Source: Rhodobacterales bacterium | GTDB lineage: Bacteria; Pseudomonadota; Alphaproteobacteria; Rhodobacterales; CAZPXZ01 | Length of the DNA: 64,000 nucleotides | Direction of reading: 5' to 3' | Assembly (NCBI GenBank): GCA_965219495.1 | Contig: OZ244777.1 | Location: 93,193-157,192, forward strand | Shown: in pieces, positions 1 to 10,280 of the stretch | Layout of the letters: every line of letters starts with the position of its first letter | Numbering within the stretch: the first letter of the stretch is position 1 | Position numbers and translations under genes: made by a program | Notes under the pieces: generated by a model | What the model saw: only the letters and a program-made list of their open reading frames with translations | Told to the model about the DNA's origin: nothing | The model's database searches: none

Positions 1-2
1 TC

Positions 3-1796
3 GGCGGATCTCCGACCAACATGGCGATTGGCGCCGCGCGTTTGGGATTGCGCGCGGGCGTACTGACTCGGGTTGGTGACGAACATCTCGGCCGCTTCAT
101 TCGCGAAACTCTGGAAGCTGAAGGTGTGGACACGCGTGGCGTTCGCACGGACCCCCACCGCCTCACGGCCCTCGCAATTCTCGGCATCCGCGACCAGTCC
201 ACTTTTCCGTTGATCTTCTATCGCGAGGACTGCGCGGACATGGCGATTTCCGAAGACGATGTCGACCCGGCGCTGGTCATGTCCACTTCCTGTGTCGTCA
301 CTACGGGCACCCACCATTCTCGGGCTTCTACCGATGCCGCCTGCAAGAAGGCGTTGAGATTGGCAAAGGAAAACGGCGCCCGCGCAGCGATTGATATTGA
401 TTTTCGGCCCAATCTTTGGGGACTGGCCGGGCACGGTGCGGGCGAAGAGAGATACCTCGCTTCTTCTTCCGTATCAGAAAGGTTGCAAGGCGTGCTTCCG
501 CTCTGCGACCTCGTCGTGGGCACGGAAGAAGAGTTTCAAATCGCGGGTGGGGAAGAAAACGTTCTGGAGGCCATCCGCGCTGTGCGCGAGTTGACGAATG
601 CTGCATTGGTTTGCAAGCGTGGTCCCGTGGGCGCCGTTCTATTCGAAGGAGAGATTCCGGATGATTTGGATGCCGCCCCGCAGACACCCGGATTCCCCGT
701 TGAGGTCTTCAATGTCCTGGGCGCGGGTGACGGGTTCATGGCAGGGCTCCTCAGAGGCTGGCTACGCGACGAACCTTGGGAGACAACTCTTCGGTACGCC
801 AACGCCTGCGGCGCACTTGCCGTTTCACGGCACGGCTGCGCTCCCGCCTATCCGAGTTGGGAAGAGCTGCGCTTTTTTCTTGACCGGGGTTCGTCCGAGC
901 AGGCGCTGCGCAAGGACGCGAATCTCTCCCATCTCCATCGCTCCACGACGCGTTGGCGGGATTGGCCGCAACTCCGGGCGCTTGCGTTCGATCATCGCAG
1001 TCAGTTCGAGGTGATGGCGGAACGGCATGGCGTGGCGGCCGAGCGGATTGGGACGTTCAAGTCCCTGTGCCTTCGCGCCGCCACGGAGACTGCGGAGGGC
1101 AGGAGTGGATTTGGGGTCCTGGTGGACGACAGATTTGGCAGAGAAGCGCTTCACGCCGCTGCAGGACAAGGCCTCTGGATTGGGCGACCCGTCGAACAAC
1201 CCGGCTCGCGGCCGCTCAAGCTCGAGATCGGACCGGATTTTGGTTCGGATCTTGTGGAATGGCCTCGCGAAAATGTCGTGAAATGCCTGTGCAATTTTCA
1301 TCCCGATGATCCCGGCGGGTTGTGGGATCAACAATTGTCGACACTTCTCCGGCTCCAGGATGCCGTATGGCGCGCCGGGCTGGAATTCCTGCTCGAAACG
1401 CTTCCCTCCTTGGCAGGTCCGTCCGATTCGGGAAACACCGCCAAGGTGATGGAGCGAGTGTACCAGTCCGGAATTCGCCCCGACTGGTGGAAACTCGAAC
1501 CGAGCGACGAGGCAGCGCATTGGGAAGACGCTTGCAGGGTGGTTTCCCGCGAGGATCCGTGGTGCAGGGGTATCGTCGTGCTGGGCAAGAACGCCCCGCT
1601 GGAAGAACTGGCCGAGAGTTTTGCGCTTGCGGCGTCGTTTCCCGAAGTGAAGGGATTCGCGGTGGGCCGGACAGTGTTTGGCGAAGTCGCAGAGCGTTGG
1701 TTTGCCGGAACCGTGGAAGACACGTTGGCGGTCGCTGAAATGGCAACGCGCTTCCGCAAGCTTGCGGAGGCATGGGACCGGGCGCGGGGCAAGTAG
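3..1796 (+). CDS. iolC: 5-dehydro-2-deoxygluconokinase, PfkB kinase plus C-terminal DUF2090 domain; 5' end lies before the window
   Basis: Frame is open from position 3 (GGSPTNMAIGAARLGL); PfkB motif NVLGAGDGF; C-terminal LAFDHR, PDWWKLEP and GFAVGRTVF typical of the IolC fusion; adjacent to iolB. Confidence 0.93.
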   Translation, partial: GGSPTNMAIGAARLGLRAGVLTRVGDEHLGRFIRETLEAEGVDTRGVRTDPHRLTALAILGIRDQSTFPLIFYREDCADMAISEDDVDPALVMSTSCVVTTGTHHSRASTDAACKKALRLAKENGARAAIDIDFRPNLWGLAGHGAGEERYLASSSVSERLQGVLPLCDLVVGTEEEFQIAGGEENVLEAIRAVRELTNAALVCKRGPVGAVLFEGEIPDDLDAAPQTPGFPVEVFNVLGAGDGFMAGLLRGWLRDEPWETTLRYANACGALAVSRHGCAPAYPSWEELRFFLDRGSSEQALRKDANLSHLHRSTTRWRDWPQLRALAFDHRSQFEVMAERHGVAAERIGTFKSLCLRAATETAEGRSGFGVLVDDRFGREALHAAAGQGLWIGRPVEQPGSRPLKLEIGPDFGSDLVEWPRENVVKCLCNFHPDDPGGLWDQQLSTLLRLQDAVWRAGLEFLLETLPSLAGPSDSGNTAKVMERVYQSGIRPDWWKLEPSDEAAHWEDACRVVSREDPWCRGIVVLGKNAPLEELAESFALAASFPEVKGFAVGRTVFGEVAERWFAGTVEDTLAVAEMATRFRKLAEAWDRARGK

Positions 1797-1815
1797 AAAA
1801 GGTGCGAGGACGGTG

Positions 1816-2637
1816 ATGAGCGAACTTCTGAGAAAACCCGGGGTCCCGGACGCCGACGGTCAGGTCTTGGACGTTACCCCAAGTGATGCGGGCTGGGATT
1901 ACGCTGGCTTCGAACTTTACCAGAGGTCACCCGAGGAAGTGGCGCGAGGATCCACGGGAGATACCGAAGCCATGCTTGTCTTTGTGGAGGGGCGGGGCCG
2001 GTTGCGCGCGGGCGGCAATGAATTCGGGGAGGTTGGAGGTCGTGAGTTCGTGTTCTCCCGGGCAAGGCCTTGGTCGGTGTATCTGCCACCGGGAACCGAT
2101 TGGCGGATTGAAGCGATAACCAGGCTCGAGTTGGCGGTTTGCAGGGCGCCGGCGGAGGGACGATATCAACCTCGCCTCGTAAGGCCGGGGGAGATCCAAG
2201 CCGAGCGCCGCGGGCGCGGGACCAATGAGCGGCTTGTTCATCCCATCATGATGGAGGACCGGGACTGGGCCGAAACGCTGTTGGTCGTGGAAGTATTTAC
2301 TCCGGACGGACACTGGTCATCCTACCCGCCCCACAAGCACGATCGCGAGGCATTTCCCGCCGAAACCCTTCTGGAAGAGGTGTACTACCACCGGATCGAT
2401 CCGGCGAGCGGGTTTGGTTATCAGCGGATCTACACTGATGATCGAAGTCTGGATGAGAACTTTGCTGTCTCGGACCGAGACGTCGTTCTCGTTCCCCGAG
2501 GGTACCATCCCTGCGCGGCCCCGTATGGACATGAGATGTACTATCTCAATGTCATGGCCGGACCGCTGCGAAAGTGGCGGTTTCAAAACGATCCCGATTT
2601 CGAATGGCTGTTCAAGCGGGATGCGTGCCCGGCATAG
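1816..2637 (+). CDS. iolB: 5-deoxy-glucuronate isomerase
   Basis: Motifs WSSYPPHKHD, LEEVYYHR, VPRGYHP, YYLNVMAGP; ATG at 1816 after GAGGA. Confidence 0.95.
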   Translation: MSELLRKPGVPDADGQVLDVTPSDAGWDYAGFELYQRSPEEVARGSTGDTEAMLVFVEGRGRLRAGGNEFGEVGGREFVFSRARPWSVYLPPGTDWRIEAITRLELAVCRAPAEGRYQPRLVRPGEIQAERRGRGTNERLVHPIMMEDRDWAETLLVVEVFTPDGHWSSYPPHKHDREAFPAETLLEEVYYHRIDPASGFGYQRIYTDDRSLDENFAVSDRDVVLVPRGYHPCAAPYGHEMYYLNVMAGPLRKWRFQNDPDFEWLFKRDACPA

Positions 2638-2924
2638 CGTGCGATTGAACCGACCGTAGGGCTTTTGGAAGCAGGGATTCGCTGCGGGAAGCGTGGGGCA
2701 TTTGGACTACCTGCGTGCTCGGTTACCGATACTTTGCGAGATCCGGCGATCTCACTCCAGGCAAACGACCTTCCAGCGATTTCGCCGCAATCTTGCAGGC
2801 AAGGGATGCAACTATGCGAAGAGTCCGTAATCTCTTATCGCGCAGGGCAGGGCCAATTTCCGAAGAATCTCCCGTGCTTGCAGGTCCGCCAATTTATCTG
2901 GCCGCTCTCAGCGAAACGAGGAAT

Positions 2925-3662
2925 TCACCTAGCCGAGGCTGCCGCGATATGGCTTGCAAATTGTGTGGCAAACATTCTTGGCGACGTCAATTCACTCAAG
3001 TGCCTGTAGGTTCCATCGCGGTCAGCAGTTCTCGGGGAAAGTAGAAGGGTGGAACTGGCGTAAGGCCCTTCTTGAACCAACTTGCTGCAAAGGGTGTTGT
3101 AGCGTTCGGCATAGGACGCATTTGCAAACTCTGGAAGTACGGAAAAATGTGGCTCAAGATTTTGAATCGGTGTTTGCGTAGCGGTGCACTCTTCGAGCAG
3201 CATGATCCATCCGAGAAACGGTCGGGGTGCTTCTTTGCCAAAAGCGCCTTCTCGATACGCCGTCCAGAGATCGTGCGCAATGCCGATGGCTTCTTCGGAC
3301 CGGTTGTTGAAGTTGTTTCCGAACGAAGGGCCAACCTGGGACTTGAACTCCAGTGCCGCGACGAGTTGGCCGTTACGCAATATGAGCATGTCCCAGAGTT
3401 TTTTTGGGCGGAAAAAACCTGGAAGCGTAAGTAGTTGGCGTTGAAAACAGACATCAGCTGCCGCAAGGCCGTTCGCTTGGGTTAGTGCGTGGACCAATTC
3501 CAGGAAACCGTCCATGTTCTTGCCGGCGGTTACCGCCCCGCGCGTACCTGTGTCCTGCCTTCCCATTTCGGCCTGCCTTGCAGCAGCGGCGCTCCGACTG
3601 CCCCAGAAAAGCATGACGGCTTCACGCATACGAGTTTCAAAATCTGCGAGATCAAGGCTCAT
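2925..3662 (-). CDS. Type II restriction endonuclease, PaeR7I/XhoI family (predicted site CTCGAG)
   Basis: GKNMDGF, TLPGFFRPKKLWD, ELFKSQVGPSFGNNFNNRSEEAIG-type segment and DLWTAYREGAFG recognised as R.PaeR7I-like; directly downstream of a methyltransferase. Confidence 0.9.
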   Translation of the reverse strand: MSLDLADFETRMREAVMLFWGSRSAAAARQAEMGRQDTGTRGAVTAGKNMDGFLELVHALTQANGLAAADVCFQRQLLTLPGFFRPKKLWDMLILRNGQLVAALEFKSQVGPSFGNNFNNRSEEAIGIAHDLWTAYREGAFGKEAPRPFLGWIMLLEECTATQTPIQNLEPHFSVLPEFANASYAERYNTLCSKLVQEGPYASSTLLLSPRTADRDGTYRHLSELTSPRMFATQFASHIAAASAR

Positions 3663-3663
3663 T

Positions 3664-5388
3664 TCACAAAAATCCTTCGATCAATTTGATGTCAGCTGCA
3701 CCAAGCCGATAGAGGCTGGAGACGATCTGCTTTCGCAAGCGCGGATCATCAGCATTAGAGAAGTTGGTGAGTTGCTCCCGTAATTCCAAACTGACATCAC
3801 GCCAGCGAGGAATGCAAATCTTTCGCAAATACTGCGCTTGAAATCGCAAGTATCCGCCGCGCATACGAGTGGAATAAAGTGCGACAAACAGGCGTGCGAT
3901 GCCCGACTGCATCACCGTTTGAAGAGCGCGGACGTCCCATTCATCGGAGATTACAAAGTACAAGTTGTGGTGGGGGTAAAGCTTGCCTCCCTCGTAGACG
4001 ACCGATGCATCCGCCTTGATGTCCGGGATCAGGAGCTTTTCGCGCCTTGCTAGCTCTGGATAAATACGATCAATGGTACGGTACCAGCTGCGCGGATTCT
4101 TCATCGCGACATGCCGCCCGGCAATCTGTTCCCTGCGGGCCTCAAGAAATGCGCAAAGCTTGGGGTACTCCTCCAGGTCCACCAGCTTGCCATCGTTGCC
4201 GAAGGGATTGATGACGCCCAAGCCTTTCCACTTGATTTCACCCTCAAGAATGTCTCCGGTCATTACGAGAGGAAGCTTGCGTGACGGTTCTACGTCAAGG
4301 GCATCGAACTTGCCGATAAACGCTCTGTCCGCTCCGGTGGCAACTCCGATTCCAACCTTGCAGCCTGCGCGCTCCAGGACCGGGAACTCACTTTCAAGAC
4401 GGCGGACCAAGGCAAGTTGATCGAAAGAGTGGAGGATCCAAGGTTCGCTACCGCTTGTCACCGCCCTGATTTCGCGAACCGGGCTGCCTTGAGGCAGCTT
4501 TGGCATCGTGAGGTCGGAGGCGAGCCTTCGAAGGAATTTGCTCTCGATGTTGGGGTGTGCGTAGACACGCGTTATCGGATTCTTGCTTCGCGAAATGATC
4601 GTGATCGCGGGATAGGCGCTGACTTCAGAGTTGAAGGCGTTGGTTCCAAACATGTCTATGTACGCGGTTAAGCTGAAATTCCGGCTAACCACGTTGCGGA
4701 GTTTCTTTCCGTATCTGTTTTTCATCCAGCGGTCCGCACAGATGAATCCGAGTTTTCCTCCCGTGTTCAGGACCTTGAGCGACTGTTCAATAAAGGGAAC
4801 ATAAATGTCTGCGCGGTCGTAGATTGTAGAAAAGCGATGCCTGTATTCCGCTATCAGAACATCCGGAATGCTCTCTTGACGGATATAGGGTGGATTTCCG
4901 ATGACATGAGAGAATTGGTGCTCCAAGGACTCAAGCAGGAAATCGCCTTGGATCAACCATTTCTGAAGGAGTCGATCAGCGTCACAATACTCCAACCCAT
5001 TTTCAAAAAGCGTCACGCGGGCGGCCGTTCGCGTTCTTTCAAAGGTATCCCGGTGGAGTTCGACTCCGCGAATGGCGGTTTCGAGTAGATCGACAGATAT
5101 ACGGCGGTGGGTTCGCATGGCTGACTTGATGAGACGGCCAAGGGCTGGCAGCAGGAAGTCACCATCGCCGAACGAAGGTTCGAGAAGACGAAATTCGGTA
5201 AGCGGCTGATTGGTGGTGTACCCCACAAGATCGAGGATGAAATCCACTACTTCACGCCGCGTAAAAACCGCTCCACGTTCTTCAGCACGGCTTTCCACCG
5301 CCAGCCTCTCAACCGCATCGGTAACGGGGTGAAGACCAGGCAAATCAAGTAGCGGGCTCGTCGATTGCGGCACGGAGGCTCCCTTCAT
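3664..5388 (-). CDS. N6-adenine DNA methyltransferase, M.PaeR7I-like (gamma class)
   Basis: Motif X GAVFT, motif I LEPSFGDGDF, motif IV GNPPY; C-terminal YPHHNLY and RGGYLRFQAQYLR. Confidence 0.92.
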   Translation of the reverse strand: MKGASVPQSTSPLLDLPGLHPVTDAVERLAVESRAEERGAVFTRREVVDFILDLVGYTTNQPLTEFRLLEPSFGDGDFLLPALGRLIKSAMRTHRRISVDLLETAIRGVELHRDTFERTRTAARVTLFENGLEYCDADRLLQKWLIQGDFLLESLEHQFSHVIGNPPYIRQESIPDVLIAEYRHRFSTIYDRADIYVPFIEQSLKVLNTGGKLGFICADRWMKNRYGKKLRNVVSRNFSLTAYIDMFGTNAFNSEVSAYPAITIISRSKNPITRVYAHPNIESKFLRRLASDLTMPKLPQGSPVREIRAVTSGSEPWILHSFDQLALVRRLESEFPVLERAGCKVGIGVATGADRAFIGKFDALDVEPSRKLPLVMTGDILEGEIKWKGLGVINPFGNDGKLVDLEEYPKLCAFLEARREQIAGRHVAMKNPRSWYRTIDRIYPELARREKLLIPDIKADASVVYEGGKLYPHHNLYFVISDEWDVRALQTVMQSGIARLFVALYSTRMRGGYLRFQAQYLRKICIPRWRDVSLELREQLTNFSNADDPRLRKQIVSSLYRLGAADIKLIEGFL

Positions 5389-6132
5389 TGGTTTCGATGC
5401 AAGTCAACTGTCGCAATACGATGATGGCGTTGGACCAAAAATTTCGCAACGCACTAGGATGTCGATGGCGCAAAAATCGCGCTTGAAGATCTCCGTCGGC
5501 ATTGGGGAATCTTCACCGGATGTCCGCGCCAAAAGAATTCGGAACTTCTTACTCTCCGGTCGACGACAAATCGCAGCCACATATACGTGTCGGTCGCCGT
5601 CGATGGACCTCCCACCGATGGGCGGACCGGACGACCAGCGAAACCAGCGCATTGTTCTGGACTTCATTCCGCGTACAGTAGTCGCCGGCACGGAGCCGGC
5701 GCATGCCGCCAATTCGCCGATTTCCCGACGAATCCAGAGAAGAAGTGGGGCGAGTACTCCGAGTCCCATAAAATGGGGAATCTCCGATCAGCGCGAGAAC
5801 AAGCGCTCGATTCTTCAAGATGGATCACAGATGCTTGCCAGCGGCAAGCGGCGGAAGATTGATTCTGTCGCCTTTTCGGTAACCTGGATAAGTCTGGCCC
5901 AGCCAATTCTCTAGCGGCAAGCATGAAGCAGTGTCGGGGCGGGGCCGGCGCCCCAGGAAAAGGCATTGCTGCGTATCAGAGTGGTGTGGACAAGCCAGCA
6001 GAACGACATACGGCTGTATACGTGGTTGGGCGCGAAAATTGCGGCCAGCACCCAAGCGAGACAAGGAGTTAGGAGGAATGCCATGAAAAAGGGCAGAGAA
6101 TTTCAGCGCATGATGCGCGATCGGAAAAACAC

Positions 6133-6438
6133 ATGGATTCACTTGTTAACGACTTGCTGTTCGAATGGGATGAAAACAAGCGGAAATCAACCCTAAAGAA
6201 GCATGTTGTCGATTTTCAGGACGCCATTCGCATGTTCAAAGACGAAGTGCTGACATTGCCCTCGCACAGACTAGGGGAGACTCGTTGGATGGCTGGTGGC
6301 CGTGCAAGCGGGGTCGAACTTAGCGTGATTTACGCAATTCGAGGTGATCGTCGGCCAACCATAGCCGCCAGAAGAGCGCACAAGAATGAACGACGCAAAT
6401 ATTTCGCGCATGTCGCTGGAGCAGGCGATCCGCCGTAA
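6133..6438 (+). CDS. brnT: BrnT-family toxin, possibly degenerate
   Basis: FEWDENK...KH.VDF.DA, GETRW, ARRAHKNERRKY; overlaps a BrnA-like gene. Confidence 0.8.
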   Translation: MDSLVNDLLFEWDENKRKSTLKKHVVDFQDAIRMFKDEVLTLPSHRLGETRWMAGGRASGVELSVIYAIRGDRRPTIAARRAHKNERRKYFAHVAGAGDPP

Positions 6439-6687
6439 GGGAAAAGGTCGGACAGACTGGGATCGGCTCCGCAAGGAACGCGAACAGGGCTTGGAACCAA
6501 GTGCGGAGCCCGACGAAGGTGAATTCGACTGGTCGAAAGCCAAGGTCGGAATGCCGCCGTCGAAGACAGCCATTTTCGCGTGGACAAGGATGTTCTTGAG
6601 TTCTTCAAGTCTCAGGGACGTGGCTGCCAGACGCGAATCAATGCGGTTCTCCGCAGCTGTAGGGAAGCGCAAATGGCAAAATCCTGA
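6386..6687 (+). pseudogene. brnA: BrnA-family antitoxin, frameshifted near 6575
   Basis: N-terminal RTDWDRL...PPSKTAI in one frame; C-terminal RVDKDVLEFFKSQGRGCQTRINAVLRS...AKS-stop (TGA 6685-6687) in another frame. Confidence 0.82.
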
Positions 6688-6850
6688 TACCGAACGCACG
6701 GTTACAGTGAAGTGCTCCGCTTCCAGAAAGAGTGTGGTGACTTGGATCAACTCCGACAATCTGCACCGGACCTGCCCGTCGCTCTAGAGAGCCGGGCGGG
6801 ACATGCTTCGGGATCAGGGGGATTATATCGGATAGTGCCCACAGCACCCG

Positions 6851-7042
6851 TCACCGGCTCCGGGGCGGGCGTGGCGTACGCACCATCGCCACCGGGGCCG
6901 TGAGCATCCGAGCCAGATCGTCCGCCGTCTTCCCCTCCAGGTGGCTCACGTCGATTTCCTTCTTCATATCTGCCTTGGACGGCTGGTAGGACGACTTCAC
7001 AACCTCCACACGGCGCGGCGGCCTCTTGCGTCGTTCAGTCAC
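6851..7042 (-). CDS. Small passenger ORF (63 aa) inside IS1595 copy 1
   Basis: GTG start after GGGAGG, co-oriented downstream of the transposase, ends just inside the inverted repeat; VTERRKRPPRRVEVVKSSYQPSKADMKKE. Confidence 0.55.
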   Translation of the reverse strand: MTERRKRPPRRVEVVKSSYQPSKADMKKEIDVSHLEGKTADDLARMLTAPVAMVRTPRPPRSR

Positions 7043-7102
7043 ATCAGCCTCCCATGCAGCCAGCAAAGGCCGAGATGATGCCGCTCTTTGTTGGGCGCCG
7101 AT

Positions 7103-8077
7103 TCATGCCCGCGCTCCTGAATCAAGGCCGTTGTCGGCGATGAGTTGTGTGTACTTCAGGCGCTTGCCGTCCATTCCGAGGACGATCGCGCCCATGATGT
7201 CGAGGGTGTCCATGTCTCGCACACTGTGCTTGCCCGCAAACTCCCTCACGTACCGGTCGAGATGCTTTTCGCTCATCTTGTGGAAGGTCCCCTGATAAGC
7301 GCGCTTGAGCATCGACCAGAAGCTCTCCATGCCGTTGGTATGCACGTCGCCACGAACATACTCCTGAGCGCTGTGGTTGACGGCCTTGTGTGGATTCGGA
7401 AGGGTTTCGCAGACCAACGCATCGTCAGTGTAGACCGTGGCGTCCAGGGCCGTGTGATCGGCGACGAAGCCGTGGATGGTGGCCTTGTTAGTGGACTCGA
7501 CTGCTCGGGCTCGTACTTGGTTTGTGGTCCGGTCTTTCGCACCAACGACGGCGGTCTTGCCCACGGCCCCGCGGCCGGTGAGCTCTTCGCGCTTCGACTT
7601 CGGCATGTTCTTGCGCTTGCCGCCCATGTAGGTTTCATCCACCTCGACCGGGCCAGCGAACAACCCGCTTTCACTCTCAAACGCCTTGCGCAGCCGGTGT
7701 GCCAGGTGCCAAGCGGTCTTCTGTGTCACCCCGAGATCCCGATGCAACTTCATGGACGAAACCGACTTCAGGCTCGTCATGAAGAGATAGACCGCGAGCG
7801 CCCATTTCTGATAGGGGATGTTCGACGCTTCCATGACGGTTCCGGTCCGGACACTGAATCGTTTGCGGCATTCCTTCTCACGGCACCGATAGGGCATGGT
7901 CTTGTGCTTTGCACCACTGAGAACGTTGACGGAGCCACAAAACGGGCAAGCCGGGCCGGTCGGCCAGCGGACCTTAACGAACCACGCTTCGGCCGCCGCA
8001 TTGTCCGCGAACATCCGCATCGCCTCGATAAGGGTCATACCTTGGCGGTAGTGCTTGCCAGGTGCCTTGTGGGCCAT
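7103..8077 (-). CDS. IS1595-family transposase (zinc ribbon plus DDE domain)
   Basis: CPFCGS...YRCREKECRKRFSV zinc ribbon; VEVDETY, YTDD, HTNGMESFWSMLKR motifs. Confidence 0.95.
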   Translation of the reverse strand: MAHKAPGKHYRQGMTLIEAMRMFADNAAAEAWFVKVRWPTGPACPFCGSVNVLSGAKHKTMPYRCREKECRKRFSVRTGTVMEASNIPYQKWALAVYLFMTSLKSVSSMKLHRDLGVTQKTAWHLAHRLRKAFESESGLFAGPVEVDETYMGGKRKNMPKSKREELTGRGAVGKTAVVGAKDRTTNQVRARAVESTNKATIHGFVADHTALDATVYTDDALVCETLPNPHKAVNHSAQEYVRGDVHTNGMESFWSMLKRAYQGTFHKMSEKHLDRYVREFAGKHSVRDMDTLDIMGAIVLGMDGKRLKYTQLIADNGLDSGARA

Positions 8078-8653
8078 CTCCACTTCCTAATCCGTTGACT
8101 TGGACCGATTTTAATAAATGGTGCCTGAATCATCAACCCCTATACGGGCACTATCCGATATAATCCCCGGGATCAGCGCCGACGAAGCATCCGCCGCGCC
8201 GCCTGATCGCGGCTGCCCGAGCCAAAACCCCCGGATTGCGCCTCGGCCTTGGCTGGAGGCCGTCCCCACGGTGAAAGCCTGCCCGCATCCTCGAATTTCG
8301 CGCGGAACTGGCCCCCAAAGCGGTCAATCGCGGCGCGGGCGGCCGAATTACGAGCCGGACATCTTAGCCGGAAAAGCCGCGCCGGGTTCAAGACCCGGAT
8401 TCTTGGCCCAGACACGAAATGACGCTCGTCGTCTACTGCCGGCGCGGAAGTCAGGAAGATTCTCGACAACCGGCGGGTTCTCCCCTGGAGTTTCGAATCA
8501 TTCGAACGGAACGGAGGTTATTTGCTTCACAGCGATTTTTCGCGATTCCGGCATAGGCTGTTGGCATCGACATATTTCGAGGTCTATATTCCATGCCAAG
8601 TAACCGCGGCAGGCGAAAGTTACGTCGTGCCCGTATTTCAGTATTGGGAGGAA

Positions 8654-10252
8654 ATGATGAATCGAATGATTCCGGTAACGTTGGCCACACTCGTCCTTCT
8701 CGGGGGCTTGGCCGCGCCAACAATGGCGCAGGAGCGCGTAGTGCGTGTGAATGATGCCCCGATTGGAGAACTGGACCCCCACAAAGGCACCGACTACGCC
8801 GACTCGATGCTCATGTTCAATGTCTATGATTTCTTGGTAAGGCCTTCCGCAGGAGGTCAAATGGTCGCCGACCTCGCCGAATCTTGGACCGTATCAGATG
8901 ACGGGCTGACGCACACCTTCAATTTGCGCGCTGACGCCGTGTTCCATGACGGTTCACCGGTAGAGGCGGAAGATGTTGTCTATTCGGCGAACCGCATGTC
9001 GACAATGAAGCGCGGTTTCTCATACTTGTTGGCCGACTGGGAATCCGTTTCTGCGACGGGGCCAAAGACCGTTGTCTTCAAGCTCAGGGAGCCCGACGCG
9101 CCATTCCTCACTTCGCTCTCGCGCCTCGCTGTCGTCAATTCCGCAATCGTTTCTGCCAACTATCTCGACGGCGACTTTGGCGAGCAAGGCGATTACGGCG
9201 ATCAGTTCCTGTCGGCGAACACCGCTGCCTCCGGTTCCTACACAGTAGAGAGCCACAACCCTCAGGAGCTTTCGGTCCTGCGAAAGAACCCGGATCACTA
9301 TGCCGGGTTTGCGGAGAATGCACCGGATGTTGTTCGCTTGTCCTACGCTCTCGAACCCACCACCTTGCGCGCGCTCATGCCTCGAGGGGAGCACGATGTC
9401 ACGCGCATGCAGTTGCCGGTGGAAATCCTGCAGGCGCTGAATCGCGACCCGAACATTTCGCTCGCTCGAGACCTTGGTGGCGCGGCGTTCTATATCAAGC
9501 TCAATATGCAACGGCCACCCACCGACGACGTTCATTTCCGCCGCGCAATCGCTCTCGCCTTTGACTACGACACCATGCAGACATTGCTTGAGGTTACCGA
9601 GGACGTGAGTGCCGGCGCGCCGGTCAATGGCCCGGTTCCCCGTGGTCTGGTTGGATTTGACGAGAACAACCCGTATCCGAATCGGGATATTGAGGCCGCG
9701 AAGGCGGCATTGGCCATGTCGAAGTATGGGCCAAACGATCACCCGTTTGTTATCCAGTGGGTTGCCGAGGTTCCGACGTACGGTGATATCGCCTTGATAT
9801 TCCAGCAAAGCATGGCGGACATTGGCATCGACGTGGAAGTTGTGCGGTCGCCTTGGGCGCTTGTGCTGGAGAAGGCGGCGAAAGCGGAGACAACCCCGCA
9901 TGCCAATACCGTCAAGGTAGGTTCGAACACACCGGATCCCGATTCGTTGCTATCCTCGATGTATCATTCGAGCAATGCCGGGAGCTGGCAGTCGATGGAC
10001 TGGATGTTGGATCCCGAAATTGATGCGGCGCTGGAACAAGGCCGAAAAATCCTCGATCCCGCCAAACGCGCGGCATTTTACGAGGATCTGGTACGCGAGA
10101 TCATCGACTTGCAGCCTTCGATCTTTGCCTACGAAACCCTCACGGTCGTCGCCAAGCGCGACAACGTCGTCGCGCCCTCGTTGGAAGATCCGAACATGGC
10201 GATCGTTTCGACGGGCATGAACTACCTGTTCCGCACATTCTCGGTCAATTGA
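8654..10252 (+). CDS. ABC transporter substrate-binding protein, family 5 (DppA/OppA-like)
   Basis: Signal peptide; LAESWTVSDDGLTHTFNLR...FHDGSPVEAEDVVYS; FRRAIALAFDY; GGAGG ribosome site before ATG 8654. Confidence 0.92.
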   Translation: MMNRMIPVTLATLVLLGGLAAPTMAQERVVRVNDAPIGELDPHKGTDYADSMLMFNVYDFLVRPSAGGQMVADLAESWTVSDDGLTHTFNLRADAVFHDGSPVEAEDVVYSANRMSTMKRGFSYLLADWESVSATGPKTVVFKLREPDAPFLTSLSRLAVVNSAIVSANYLDGDFGEQGDYGDQFLSANTAASGSYTVESHNPQELSVLRKNPDHYAGFAENAPDVVRLSYALEPTTLRALMPRGEHDVTRMQLPVEILQALNRDPNISLARDLGGAAFYIKLNMQRPPTDDVHFRRAIALAFDYDTMQTLLEVTEDVSAGAPVNGPVPRGLVGFDENNPYPNRDIEAAKAALAMSKYGPNDHPFVIQWVAEVPTYGDIALIFQQSMADIGIDVEVVRSPWALVLEKAAKAETTPHANTVKVGSNTPDPDSLLSSMYHSSNAGSWQSMDWMLDPEIDAALEQGRKILDPAKRAAFYEDLVREIIDLQPSIFAYETLTVVAKRDNVVAPSLEDPNMAIVSTGMNYLFRTFSVN

Positions 10253-10280
10253 GCATCTCGCGGAACTGAATTGCCGTAGA

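Larger units (their letters stand above)
6818..8168 (-). mobile_element. IS1595-family insertion sequence, copy 1 (1351 bp)
   Basis: 23-bp terminal inverted repeats GGGGATTATATCGGATAGTGCCC; 8-bp target duplication GGGATCAG at 6810-6817 and 8169-8176; same element at 55387-56737. Confidence 0.96.

Noticed and set aside
5404-6130. ORFs between the methyltransferase and brnT, possible controller protein
   Set aside because: No helix-turn-helix or C-protein signature recognised; overlapping short frames without support.
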